Position numbers and translations under genes: made by a program. From Balanoglossus misakiensis (Eukaryota > Animalia > Hemichordata): a stretch of DNA of 64,000 bases. The stretch spans positions 7,025,919 to 7,089,918 of the forward strand of contig CM082584.2 in the NCBI GenBank assembly GCA_040954595.2. The letters are read 5' to 3'. Below, in pieces: positions 25,384 through 39,100 of the stretch. Under the pieces are notes generated by a model. That model saw nothing but the letters and a program-made list of their open reading frames with translations, did no database searches and had not been told where the DNA came from. The stretch's first letter is position 1, and each line of letters starts with the position of its first letter.

Positions 25384-25459
25384 ATGAGGAAAAGACGGAG
25401 AAGTTGTACGGACGCCGCGGCGGCCGCTTTTGCCCTGCTCCTGGTCGTTTGCTCTGAAG
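25384..25459 (+). CDS. Exon 1 of giant CUB gene (signal peptide)
   Basis: ATG, basic n-region and hydrophobic AAAAAFALLLVV; GTATGT donor in phase 1, compatible with the acceptor at 33866 and giving a VSA|Q cleavage site; followed by an 8.4-kb intron. Confidence 0.8.
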
Positions 25460-27656
25460 GTATGTTGTGTTCGCAATACCAGGTGTAATTTGGGAACCAG
25501 ACTGGGGGCCAAAACACTTCCATCGCACAAGCGTGCGCGTGTTTAATGTAAACGATCATTTCTGGTCACGAGTGCTTCGGAAGTGCTCGTCGGAACTCGA
25601 GCACCTGTTAAATAATACAATATAGGGCCTACTGTATTGTTGTCCGCGATTGTTGTTTTCTTCTACAATGAAAAGTAGATGTAACGTTTTACTAGCGCGC
25701 CGCGGAGTGGTTCTTCAAGCCATACTGAGAACCCGTTAACTTTTATTGAAATTGACTTCAAATTCAGTCTGGGGGTTCTTGAGTGTGACTTCTTTCGTTT
25801 CATGCCCGCTGATTTTCAATATGGCTTCTCCTAACAGAGCAACAAGTCGCGCGTCGCACAGTTCTAAGCCTCCTTAATTCCCGGGGAGATCAGGACCACT
25901 CATAAACTGTGAATGTAGCTGTTCTTTATATTTATACTGCACAGTTACCTTATGCAGACAGAGAGAGAGGGTCACTTTGGCACAAATTCTAACAATCCTG
26001 GCATAGCGCAAAGGTGTACAGATCGATACAAAAGTCATCCATACGAGTTCCCACGTACCACGATCCAACATTATTCCTGCTTAAAGTTTAGGCGCAAACT
26101 TGTACCGGGCAACGATCTGCGCAGCACACATTCGACCCCATTCGACTTGAATGCGCTGATATTGAGACAAGATAGACAGCTGACAGCGCTGCCGATGATA
26201 ACGTCCATAGCTACCGCAAACGCCGCGCGCCGGCACGCTACAACAATATAAGTCTCGCTCGACTTTCATTCCAGTCTGTTTCCTCTTTTTTGAAAGCTGT
26301 GCAAGAGTTGCATGCTACGCGACGTTACAAGCTCATACTTTCGTTCATAGCCTAACCACTCAACATAACGATCGAATGCTCACCGTGATTAACATTTTCA
26401 CTCTGACTGCAAGTGGTCACCAGACTCTATGCATTATTTTGGCAAGCCGTGGAAAAACCATAAAAACACCTTCTAACGGAAAACGACTGTTTTTGACATG
26501 TGAATGTCCCTTTGTGGGTTTTGGTGGAGAATACACTCCCATGCAGGATGCCACTGACGTGCTGGCCTTCGCTGCTAAGGCGCAGACCTTGATCTCCCAA
26601 TGCCATATAAACACTAATGTGCTGTTAACTTAACGCAATATAGATATGGCAATTGTTTTCCGACTCGACACACCAGTTTAGACTGTGTGGATTTTTTATT
26701 GACATGTCTGACATGCGACACGCAAAATGACCATGAGGTATCCTACTTGTCATGTAAAATAATGATAAATGATAAAATTGTGCGTTTAATATCGTAACAA
26801 AAACGAATAATATACACAAAATTCGAAACTGTGAGAAATAGATCCATAACAATGGGAATGTAACTGATGTTCAAACGCCTGTATGTGGTTTGTAATGTGA
26901 TGGCTTGGGGGAATTAATTTGATTGCACAAGCACCCGATGACCTCACATTCTGCTTTGAAGAGCATATTTGCGATATTTAAAAGAAATACCAATCCCACT
27001 TCAGTGACAGAAACCTAGAGACGGTTTCCATGGTGCATAGCAACAAAAACCGCTCGGTCGCCGGTAAACTGCAACCTGTTGGAATGGATTCTGTTGGGCA
27101 ACTGTTTACCCAATGACGTGATAGGTTTCAAGTCCGCGTTCGGAAGTGACCTTGATGGGACACTCAGATACAATTTGACCCAATTTGAATATCGATGACA
27201 TTCAAACGGAGCCGGGGGGTCACACCTGTTGGTCGGCCACCTCAGGTCAGTCAAAAGCTGTAGCCTGACCTTACCCCACCTTGCTCCGAGATACGTCAAG
27301 CTACAAAATTAATGTATATCCTTTATTGTTCTCATTGCATCATTGTGCATTGTGATTCAGCAGAATTCGACCTCCGTCTTGTCTTCAAGTTCATGCGTAG
27401 GCGGGAGGGCGGGTGAGAGACAAAAGTTGCATGAGCAAAGTCCAGCCCTCTTGCAACCACGCCTGTAGAGTAATTTGTAGCCGATGCCCAAGTTAAGATT
27501 TAAAGGGACCATCTTATCGAAGACCCAATTACAAATTCCGCCGTTTAACATCGAGTACATTTTCATTGAATCGAGTACGGTCTGTGCCGAATACAGAAAA
27601 CCATCTGCTTTTAACCGTTAACAATATTATTAAATTATCTTTATACTATATATGTT

Positions 27657-27746
<90 letters not shown>

Positions 27747-30700
27747 CAAATATATGTATATTCTGATATGATCTATTTGAATTCATGTGTTTGTGATTCA
27801 TCCTCCTGTCTGTATGTCTCTATAGAATGATGATTATCAGTACTTCTCTTCCATGTATCTTCCTCTCGTGTCCTAAAACATTCTGTCAAAATTGTTGAGT
27901 AACGTGTGTGAGAGAATGAATTGTGAGTTAAATGATTCAGATTCTGTCAGTAGCAACTTAAATATGTTAACAAGTTTGCATTCCCTACACATATCCAGGG
28001 GTCTACATCCACTACAAGTACCCAATTGTTATAATAGGAAAGTTCAAATGTACCGTTCAACTTCCACATTGGTCCGTTACCAAGGGATGTGATGAAGTAA
28101 TATTATCACTTGGTAACGTGCTGGTTACCAGTGAATCTCAGTTCGGCCATTTTTGGTCGAAGCAATTCGCGCATGAGTCCCGCGGTCCAGACTCATTTGT
28201 TATAACATTTGCATAAGTGGTGACGTTGACGTTTTGACACTACGGTACACCCCGTGTATTGTCATCACTCACGTGACCTTTGACCTAGTCACCGAAATAC
28301 TTCTCTCAAGTACAACATTTCCATTGTTTGCGACGGCCGGGCGGTTCGGTTCGCGACAGGGTTCAGGGACTGTCGACGTCATAAATCACACGCCTACCTG
28401 CATAGGCCTTAAGATTCTGGGTAACTAGACCATCTGGGAGGCCTTGTTAGTGAAAGCCATTTCTGCTGTTGCTACAAGTGAGCGTCATCTGCCCAGAGTT
28501 ATCAAATTGGCACGATGGATGTGCGTGGGGCGGTAAGGGAGTGGGGGTGGCGATTGATTTGGTCGGCAATCATTTCAGTAGCGCTGAACATTGGAATACT
28601 CTGAGATACCGCTACGATCACTTCTGCACTTTATGGCACAAAATGATCAAGAGATGTCTACTTTGCAAATTTGCTCCAAGCCAAAAACGAGTTTCGGCAA
28701 CCATTTCATATGTGCAGGGTAACTCCGCACCCGTTCAGTCATCACTACTCTCCGTCGTGTCTACTCAAAACCCTCAGTGGGGTGTGTGTTTTGTAAAGTC
28801 CACCTGAGCAATCATGAGGTTCACACGTGAGCAGTGAACGAGCCTGAACAAAACTTGATCTCCGGGTCAATGAAATCAGACTGGAATTCATGTGAATGTC
28901 GTTATATTTGAACTATTGATAATTTTGGCTTGGAAACGCACACGAACGCGACGCTGGTGCATATCATGTATACAACACGCTATATAAACAGAAAACTTTA
29001 CCATGAAGAAATTAATGCATTTGGTGTGGTAAAAAAATGCATTAAGTGTTGTATGCGGATCGAATATTAATTCACAATTGCATATATTTATCAATTTCTC
29101 GTCTTGGGCATTTTACATTTTTAGATTAGCTCTTCAAAAATGGAATGGAAGATCAGTTTTGTGAAGAAAATATTACATTTGTTGTAACCGTGGGGAAAAT
29201 GGCACCCAGTCTATTATGCGAAATTGTGCAAATTAAGCTTACTCATTTAACGACCCACGCGGCTGCATAAAGTTTTAGAAACACTACGCCCTTGTACTAG
29301 GACTCTGCTCAGCGTGGTGGGTTGTTAAAATTTGACCAAATTGTTCTGTAGCCAGTCTTGGCATATTGGATTATTGATTTGGACCACAGTACAGGACAGG
29401 CCTTCATTGATGTGTTGCGGCCAAATGTCACATAGTATAGTTAAGAGGCCAATCTGTAAACTGCACTTGAAAAAAACCGCTTTGACATATCATGAATTCA
29501 CACTAGTAGCTAGTAGTCTCACTGCTTGGGTGGTCGTATGCGTATTTTGATATGAGGCCAGCACATTGAAGGTAGCTCGCGGTAATATACTGCTTTGACT
29601 TCAATCCAACTTGGTCAGTAAAATGACTAACTCAGATTTTGAAGGATTCTGTCGCAACTAAACATACCATAATATATAACTTCATCATACAGGGGTCATA
29701 CTTAGCCAGTTGCGATAAACTATTGAATGTAGCAAGACACACAATACTGTTACAGACAACCAAGCGGACAGGGCCACGATCTTCAACCCTTCTAACTTTA
29801 TGACTAAATTAATAACACTAAATCGTATGTATAATATGTATCCTTTGTGTAAAACTATAAAACGGGTTATGATACGTGTGCTATTCGTGCTGCAAAGTGC
29901 GAGGGGCAATAATGTTATCGTTGTATCACGTAAGTATCAGAGGCGCCGGCAACTTCGCTGCACTTTGCTGCAACAAGAGCCCAACGCCCACTGTCGTAAA
30001 TTCCGGGGGTGCGACTCTTAAATAGTGCAAAAGTCAATGTGCAGCGGCATTCCGATGTAAATCTCCACTCGACAAACAATGCACTTTGGGGATCAATATT
30101 GATCACTTAACGTCAGTTTACTGATTTATTTTGTAACGATGGCCGAATTTTTGTAGAATGAGTTGGCGGAGGGGGGGGGGGGGTTGAGTGTGAGGTCGAC
30201 GGACTCTGAATCTCGAATGTTCCACTGTGCTAGAATGTAATATACTTGTAACAAGGTACGCCACAAGACGTGAAAGTTTATGGCAGATACATTCACGATA
30301 GTTTTTCAAGTTTTGATCCCCTTTTCCAAGTTTTAATCCAGACCTGATTAATTGGCGATTATGCCAGATATGACCCGACCATTTGCGAATTATACATTCC
30401 AAGAACTAGGACACGACGACTTTCTGTGGCAGCGGTTGCTTTCACCTTTTCCAAGAAACGCGCTCCTTCAGAGAAACCGCCAACATCGTGTTTCTCGCGT
30501 CCCAGAATTCCTGGCATGACGGAGGAACATGCGTGGGCGGCGGAGAGATGGCGAATGGAAAAAAAAGGTTGTTCACCGAGTACGTATGCCCCGGGGTCAG
30601 GCGGTCAATTCTTGCAGCATGCAGTGGCGCCACAAGCAGTGTGTACCGGGACAGTTTGTCCTACATATATCCGACCAATATTGGGTTTTATTATGCAGAA

Positions 30701-33652
30701 AGAATGTTATTGTCCAATCATTCATCATAGGAACCGGGTACTTCTCCATATATTCCGACATAGTTTGCTAATTGTTGATGGCAACTGTTTCTATCTGTGT
30801 CTTTTTTGGAAAATGCTAGCGCTGACTTTCGGATGTATCCACACTGAAAATACAGCAACTTAGTTATTTTCACTTTAACTATGTTTGTCCCGCAGGTTAT
30901 TGCAGTCGTATATCACTTTCAATGTGAGAGCAATCTAGGGTCTCCTTTCTATGGCAGACAGAACATTCTCTAGTTTACCATATCAGCATTTTTATAGATG
31001 ACTCTTGACAATCTTGCATCAATCTTGTATATCATCCCCAGACCCCGGCCCAGTATATCAATTTAGTAAATATAGTATATAAATTGATATATGTTCTGTT
31101 CAGTTCTGTTTACAATCGAGAGTGTCCAAGAGGTTAAAGGAGAAATAGTTCACGTTTTTCAAGGCTACCAACTTAATGCCTGGCTCAACAGGTGGTTGAC
31201 ACATTTGAAAAGGTCGACACGGCAATGCGTCGTGAAAACAGGATCAGAGCGGATTCGAATTCGTTTTACAATGTAGTTCTTGCGTGTAGTTCCTCCGAAT
31301 GCGGGGAAAATTCACTTCAGTATGGATCTGTAACATTTGTGCAGCAAAACACACCAGTATTACCAACATTTGGAGTATAAAATGGCGGGATACATTCTGG
31401 CGGTACAAATAGTACATGTATAGAACATATTTAAAAAAATAATTAAACATACACATACGTATATGTGCGTTTTTCATCCTTATGTTTGTGTGACATTAAG
31501 AGCTCGATATCTATTGAAAATATATAAATCTGGATCTGAATAATTTTTAACAATTCATTGCCAGGGATAAACGTTCCACAAACCCGCGTCCATCATTCTG
31601 CAGCGATGGACGCGTACGAGCGAACAGCTAAAAGCCAAAAGCTGCAGGCATCTTGACCTCAATGGAGGGCCCATAGTTAATTGCAGATTACACATAGGTG
31701 TGTGTTGAATGCGCATACTTATTGGTACTTGTCTCTGACACAAAGTACACGCGGCCGGGGCGTTGTAAATGTGTGGCAATCTCCTTGTTGCTAGGTGTGC
31801 CTGTATGCCCTTCTAAAGTCTAAAGTCGACGGGTTCATGACCTTACGACGTATATCAACACTACGGCGGCTCGCGTTTAAAACCTCACTAAAATTTTACG
31901 GCGACCTTTTTCTCACTCGTTTTCCAGTCTAACTCACGAAGAATGTCGTGTGTATCAGTCGGAGACCACATTATTTGGAAAAACATCAACTTTGTAGTAA
32001 AAACAAGTCGTGCATTAATGATGCATGCAATCTAGACCTATAAAAGCATAAGAAAATGATGAAAATATTTCTGTGACATATCTGGTGAGGTCGCACGATG
32101 AAATGTGAATACTAGTAATATAAAATGTTGGCGCCACACCCCAGACGCAAATTTACTAATTATCTTCTGCTTCAGTATCGTATAGTAAAAGAGTGATGCG
32201 ATCATTGCAGCCCGATAACAGTAGGTTCATAAGAGCAATTGAACAATGACGTTTCTTATTTTTGGAAAAGTCCTACATTCTTATTGCCAAATCTGCAGTA
32301 ACTTTGCTAACTGTCCCCGATCATTCGCCAGATCTTTTTGCTGACTGCAATAGGGTAATCTTTTGTTTGGATTTTTGACCCTAGCGACCGGACAGTTGCT
32401 AGGCACTCAGTAAGGAAATATTTTAAAGGTCATCGCAAGTCCGAGCCGCGTGCCGCGCGCTGGTCCATCAAAGGACAAATTGGCCACGGACCGTAGAATG
32501 CCTCAGGCCGGCAGGACGATTTTGCAAGCCGTTCTTTATGCACATAGGAACATTTCCCGTTATTTTTGTAGCACACCGTCGGAGAATCGGCGAAAAAGCG
32601 CAAACATCGCTTCCGTCGTTGGGTATCTTTCAGAAAGCCAGGCAGATGACCGGAAACTCGCTTACAACGGAGGACAAAATCCCAATCTTATCGATCACTG
32701 ACAATTTCCACGTTCCATCTAATTAAGAATGATAACAATCGGTTATTAACCGCGCAGAGAGATACGCGCCGGGTCCTGATAGAAATTCAAGTTGCCGTTT
32801 TCAAGGGGAGCCTTATACAATCTTGTAAATACCGGCCAAGATTATTGCGCTATAAATTGTCTCATAATTTCCGCACGATTTATTATGATTTATGTGGCGC
32901 TTTTGATTGTGTTCGTAAACCACTAAGTACACAGACAGACAGGGGAGTTCCCCTTGCTGATATGCAGTGTAGGCGAGTGAAGTATTATCGGCAACCTGTG
33001 AACTACACCCACAACATATCACACGGCTACGGTACGGAGAGAGAGATAGAGAGAGAAGAGACAGACAGACAGACTCATATTCTGCCAGATTCTAGTGCCA
33101 TTGCCTGGTTTAATCATGCGGTTGCCAATAGCAACTATTTCGGGCTACTTGAATTTCATTCAGTTGCTGTAAATTAGTCAATAAATTTTGTAATAATGTT
33201 GAATTAATTAGTGAAATACTGGTTCATTTTAGTAGGAGCATGACCAGTCATTCAGTCGAGGATCACTCATTTTTTCGGCGCATGGTACCGCACAATATGC
33301 GCCAAGGCCGACATTTTTTTCGACATTTACTGTCATTTTGTATTATTGTGGATATCTTTCGAGGTCACCCAGATATCGTTTAGTATAAGTGTACATTGGC
33401 TACCGTTTAGACACTCCCCACCTGACACGCCGCGAGCGCACTAATGTAGACGCACGTAGTCCATACAGTTCATTGACACACAACTTGTCCCTCCTTATAT
33501 TTTGATTTTGGTGCGCATATAGCAAATTGAGGGTAATTATGACATGTGAACCATGTCTACTTGTACAGTTAAACTGGTCCATGCCCAAGGCCCCAGGACA
33601 TGTTTCTCATGTAATAAATCATTAAAATGGAGGAAATTTAGTGTACATTCGA

Positions 33653-33706
<54 letters not shown>

Positions 33707-33736
33707 TTTGTTTGTTTGTTTGTTTGTTTGTTTGTT

Positions 33737-33772
<36 letters not shown>

Positions 33773-34374
33773 CGTGGTTTGTTTTGGGGTGAACGGATGG
33801 AGTGAACGAGAAACAATACATTATGACATTTTTATATCATAATATTTATTTCTCTCTACTTTCAGTGTCTGCTCAATGTAACTTTACATACACGGCTCCC
33901 GCAGGAACATTTACCTCACCAAATTACCCGGATGACTATGACACCTTTGAAGACTGTGCTTATATATTCAACATTCCAAATGCAATTCGGCTACGTTACA
34001 CTTTAAATCTGTTTGAAACCGAATATAAACTTGATGAGTTGGATTATGGCACCGGTAATGTCGTGGGCGAGAACCAGATAGATACCATCTCTGGATTTCA
34101 GTATCCGGACGAACCGCAGTTTGATCCTGTTCCTCTACCAGATGAACCCATTGACATATCTGGAGAAACAGCATGGTTTCATTTTACCTCTGATCACGAC
34201 ATTCAACACCAAGGATTCCACATCACATACACAGCAAACTGTGAGTAGCTTTTTATTTAAATGTTTGTGTTCAGATGAATATGAGACGCCGGCGGAGGTG
34301 GTGGTGGCGGAGGTGGTGGTGGTGGTGGTGGCGGTTATGATGATGAAGATGACGACGACGACGACGACGACGAC

Positions 34375-34409
<35 letters not shown>

Positions 34410-36017
34410 CTGGAGATATTGTGGTTTGATTATTTATTACGTGACGTCCGACAACATTCACTACCGATTGAACATAAAAATGTCATGTCTTGAACTAAAA
34501 CTCCAAGTTTGGTGGGAAGGTATAGTAGCAAGCGTGACCATTCTCCACTTTGACCTACAGATGAGTGCCCGGATGACTGGGATGAAAGCCCGGACGAGAA
34601 GGAGTGTTACAAATACATCGGCGATGAACTGACGTGGGAGGACGCCAGGCGATATTGCGTCGGTCTGCACAACGCCAGCGATCTCGTGTCTGTCATCAAA
34701 GAGGACGAGAACACCTGGTTGAGACAGAAATACACCACACCCGAATGGTGGATAGGTAAGCCAGTTTGTGTCGAAGCCGCGTTTCTCAAATTCAGGTTCC
34801 CGGGATTTTATGATGCTTTTCTTTGCAAATGTAAGATTATACTCTTTGGAAAACACGTGATTTATTGCTTAATAGTTACTGTGCTTATGCAATAAGTGGG
34901 TACTGATCCAGTGTGTTGATGTTATTGTCCTCCAGGATATTCTGACAGGGCTGAGTCGGACACCTGGAGATGGGTCGATTGCACATATTCAGCGTCATGG
35001 CACGATAGAAACTGGGCCCCCGACGAGCCAACTGGTGACGGACAAGACTGCGCCCTCATGGTTGCCGGCGGGTTTTACGCAGACACGTCTTGTGGAGACA
35101 AACATGCTTTCGTCTGCCACATCCACCCAAAAGGTGCGTCCCCGAACTGAAATCGTGGAAATACGTGAAAGGGCATTTCTGCTACCGTGGACCATTCATT
35201 TAAAAATACAATGCAATCGTGTGGAACAGGGAAATCGAATAAAAATTTACTGGTATTTTTTTCAGTTTCACAGCAAGTGATGCTAGCCGCAAAATTTTAC
35301 ATTGCGTGTGGGCAAATTTACGCTCTGAACGTGAAAGCTTCATTTGAAATATTATCGTCATTTTTCAAGAACGGAAACTATATATCTGTTTATGCGTTAT
35401 CCGTTGAACATTGATTAGGAACCGATAAAACAACCAATCTTGGATAAAGGACTAGTAATCAAAACCAGGAGAAAAATACAGAAACATAGGGATCCTAAAA
35501 CTTGTGCATGGTACATGAAGTCTTTTATCATTCTGCTTCATTTATAGCTTACACCCCCGAGGACATGGTACCACAAGATATCAACGCAGTCGGAACAGGG
35601 ACAGACACGATCTCCGTTACCTGGCTTGTGTCGTTCTACAACTGCGAAGTCATGGGCTATTACGTCAAGTACAAGGCCGGCGGCAGGATCGGCGACTTCG
35701 AGGTTGTCGACGTGCCCGGATCGGAGTCGAACAGCGTCACCTTGATCGGCCTGGAAGCGTCCACCTGGTATGATGTCTACGTCACTGCGTACACGTCGAT
35801 CATGGTGCTGGATGACGTCGGTCCGGCAAAAGCACAGACGCATGAGTGTGAGTGGCTCTGCCGGCTCTGGTATATTTTGGGGGGCTATTTTTAAATGGAC
35901 TTTGGTGGGACTATTATTGTCTTAATTCATTCTGACCATGAGCTCTGTGTATGTGCGCGCGTGTGTGTTTAAACACAGACAAAAGCCGCAGAGAGTCTGC
36001 GGTTTAAAAAGAGACAG

Positions 36018-36111
<94 letters not shown>

Positions 36112-39100
36112 GGAAAAGTACATTTCAGCATGTTTTTGTTCTGATCTTTGATTGTTTTTTTTTCTTATTTCAGCTACCAAGCCTTTCCTTCCGATTCGAC
36201 TCCCGGGAAAACCATGCGGTGGCAATTTCACCGCGAAAAACGACTCCCTTCTCCGAATTCTTTCGCCGAACTATCCAAGTAATTATGGCAATCACGAGGT
36301 ATGGAACATTTCAGGGCATCTGGGTGTAATGTGGGTTCATGATGCATATTCAATTATACCGCATTCTCTTCTGGTTCGGTCAGTAATGAAGGGACCATTC
36401 TGTTTTGGTACAGTCATGATTTTAGTCATTGTCTGTATGAAGCAGCATAGTGTATACGCCTAGTGTCTGCTAGACTGAAATTTCGTTGACTTTATTTGAA
36501 TTTGACAAGAAGCATTCATTTCTAATTACTTACGTGTATAACCTATTTCTATGACTCACCACAGGTAGTATATACTAATTTACTAGTATTTAATAATTTT
36601 GCATTGCTTTGTGTAGTATTGCGAGTGGTTCGTCAGTGCTACTTCAGAGGACAAAGTTATCACGGTCTACATCAGAGACTTCAGAACAGAGAACCTGTAT
36701 GATGTTCTAGAAATTGGCGAAGGGTTGGATTCCGATGAACCAGACACACTTGTCCATGAAATATCTGGCAGTGGTTATCCGTGGCATTACTGGACGTCTT
36801 CTGGTCCTGGCATCTGGCTGCGTTTTACCAGCGATTACGTCATTGTAAGACGGGGTTTCTTTCTTGAAATCGAAGAAACGAGCATTGGTAAGTGTTGGTT
36901 GACAGCTTTCAGTGGTGTGCGGTGTGAGTGAAAGTTGGTTTGAAAGAATGGGGTGCGCCCTCTTGTGGTCAAAATGCTCACTGCCTTTATATGTGTACCG
37001 ACCAGCATGTGCAAGTGGTCGAGTAGGCCACAGAAATCACTATCTTATTGCACTAGGAAGATCTCTGGGCGTGAGTCAGTGATAACTTTGTGAACTTTCG
37101 TTTTAATCTGTTCTCAGACATTCCTGACCCAAGACCGGAACCGGAAGTACCGCCGCCGACCACGCTCTGTGGAGAGAACATCACTGTTTACGAAGATGCC
37201 GTGAACATCTTCTCTCCAAATTACCCTAACGACTACGATGACGACCTGAACTGCGTGTGGAAGGTAGCCACTTATCCCGATGCGAGAATACTTGTGACCT
37301 TCGTCGACTTTGTGACAGAACAGAGCCACGATTGGCTGGAGCTCGGCGACGGACTGGACGAGACTGACCTCACGACGAGTAAACTGCACGTCACGGGCAC
37401 AGACTATCCATTGGAACATGAATCAGTCGGGGAGAATATATGGATAACGTTTACTTCCGATTATTCGATCACCGAGAAGGGGTTCCACTTGATCGTTGAG
37501 TCAGTAACAGAGGATTTAGGTGAGTAGCAAGCCCAGGCTTTTCAGCGTCCATGTTACCTGGCGACGCGCGCGTCCCTGGCGTCTACGCGTCACGTTTGTT
37601 GCCAACGTGTTGCGTAAGCGCTGACGCGTGGCTTATTATTATGCAAATCTTCAGTGTAAATTACACGTCTCATCCTTCGATCCGTGTTATTTATGTATTT
37701 TGTTGCATGTAAACTCATGTGAATAGATATGTTTGAATATTTGAATAAAGGAGCTCTCTTTAAACTAATTTATACAACAGACGTCTGAAATATAGCTTCA
37801 TTTTGAAGTGCAAAACTGTAGTACTGCTTGGTACTGTGGTAGTGGCTAGTGCCCATTTCATTACAAAAAAATCATTAGTTCACCTGAAAATTTAATCACT
37901 GTGTCGTACCATAACAGTGCTGAACCATGAATATTTTGAAAATACTGAAGTTGCTAATAAATGAATGATTGTGGATTGTGAAGTCAGAACTTGAAAGGCA
38001 ATGATTGAATGAATATCCCCCCCCCCCCCCCCCCCCCGGTGTGAAAAGTATACCTGTATATATTGTGTAAACAAAATGTTGTGTTTGATAATAAAACAGA
38101 AAAATTTAAAGACTTTCAGATGTTCATTTGCATTGTACACGTGTACATTTCCTGGTCTTGGTGTGTGATTGTGTTTTACACTTTTTGGGAATTATACTTT
38201 TTAGCATTATCTTTTGGCCAAGAAGTCTAACTTCTGTGAAGGCAGTCTTTGCTGATCCATCGCAATTTCCTCTTGAATTTTATATGACAGGATGCGGTAC
38301 TGAATTAGTGATCATAGATGAAGACGGTGCATCAGAAGAAATCTTCTCGCCGAACTACGAGGTGGGCCAGAACTACAACAATCTGGATCTCTGTAAGTGG
38401 ACCGTTACAACAGAGTCCGGTGCAAACATCCTCGCTGTCGTCGACGACTTTGCGACGGAAGATTACTACGATTGGTTGCAGTTCGGCAGCGGTGCAGATC
38501 CTCTGGATACAGACTCGCGCCTGTTTCGGATTGCTGGCTCCAACATTGATGGCTCCTATTCGACCCACAGTGATTCTGTGTGGGTGTTGTGGACATCTGA
38601 TCGCTCGGTGACTGACAAGGGTTTTCATGTCACCTTCATGGTTGGTAAGTTGAGATATTGGTCTCCCAGCTGAGTTTAGATTTTGGAAAATTCTTACATG
38701 TATATCACCTAGCCATGTCATTGTTTATCAGATATCTATTGATTGCTGTGACATAATGTCTATATCTGTCATTGTGTCTCATTTTTATTGTGTAAACCTG
38801 CTCACAATTTACTGAAAATAGCATTGTTTATTTTGATTTAACATTCTATCCTGAGATGTTATCAATATCAAAATGCCAACTGTCTTGTATGAATATTTCG
38901 ATCTGTAGCTATCTCTAATGAAATAGAGGCCTAACATTGTTTAAGTCAAAGTGTCACTGTATTACAAATATTTACCAGTCATACTTGTACATTTCAGATG
39001 AAGGGTGTGGTGGTTCCGTCTCTGGAAATCCTGGAAATCTATCCAACGCGGGCTTCCCAAATAAATATGCGCATGGAAGCGATTGTATGTGGTCAATCAC

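Noticed and set aside
30426-30863. Three overlapping ORFs in intron 1 of the CUB gene (possible nested gene)
   Set aside because: No recognisable domain, splice structure or coding-like composition.
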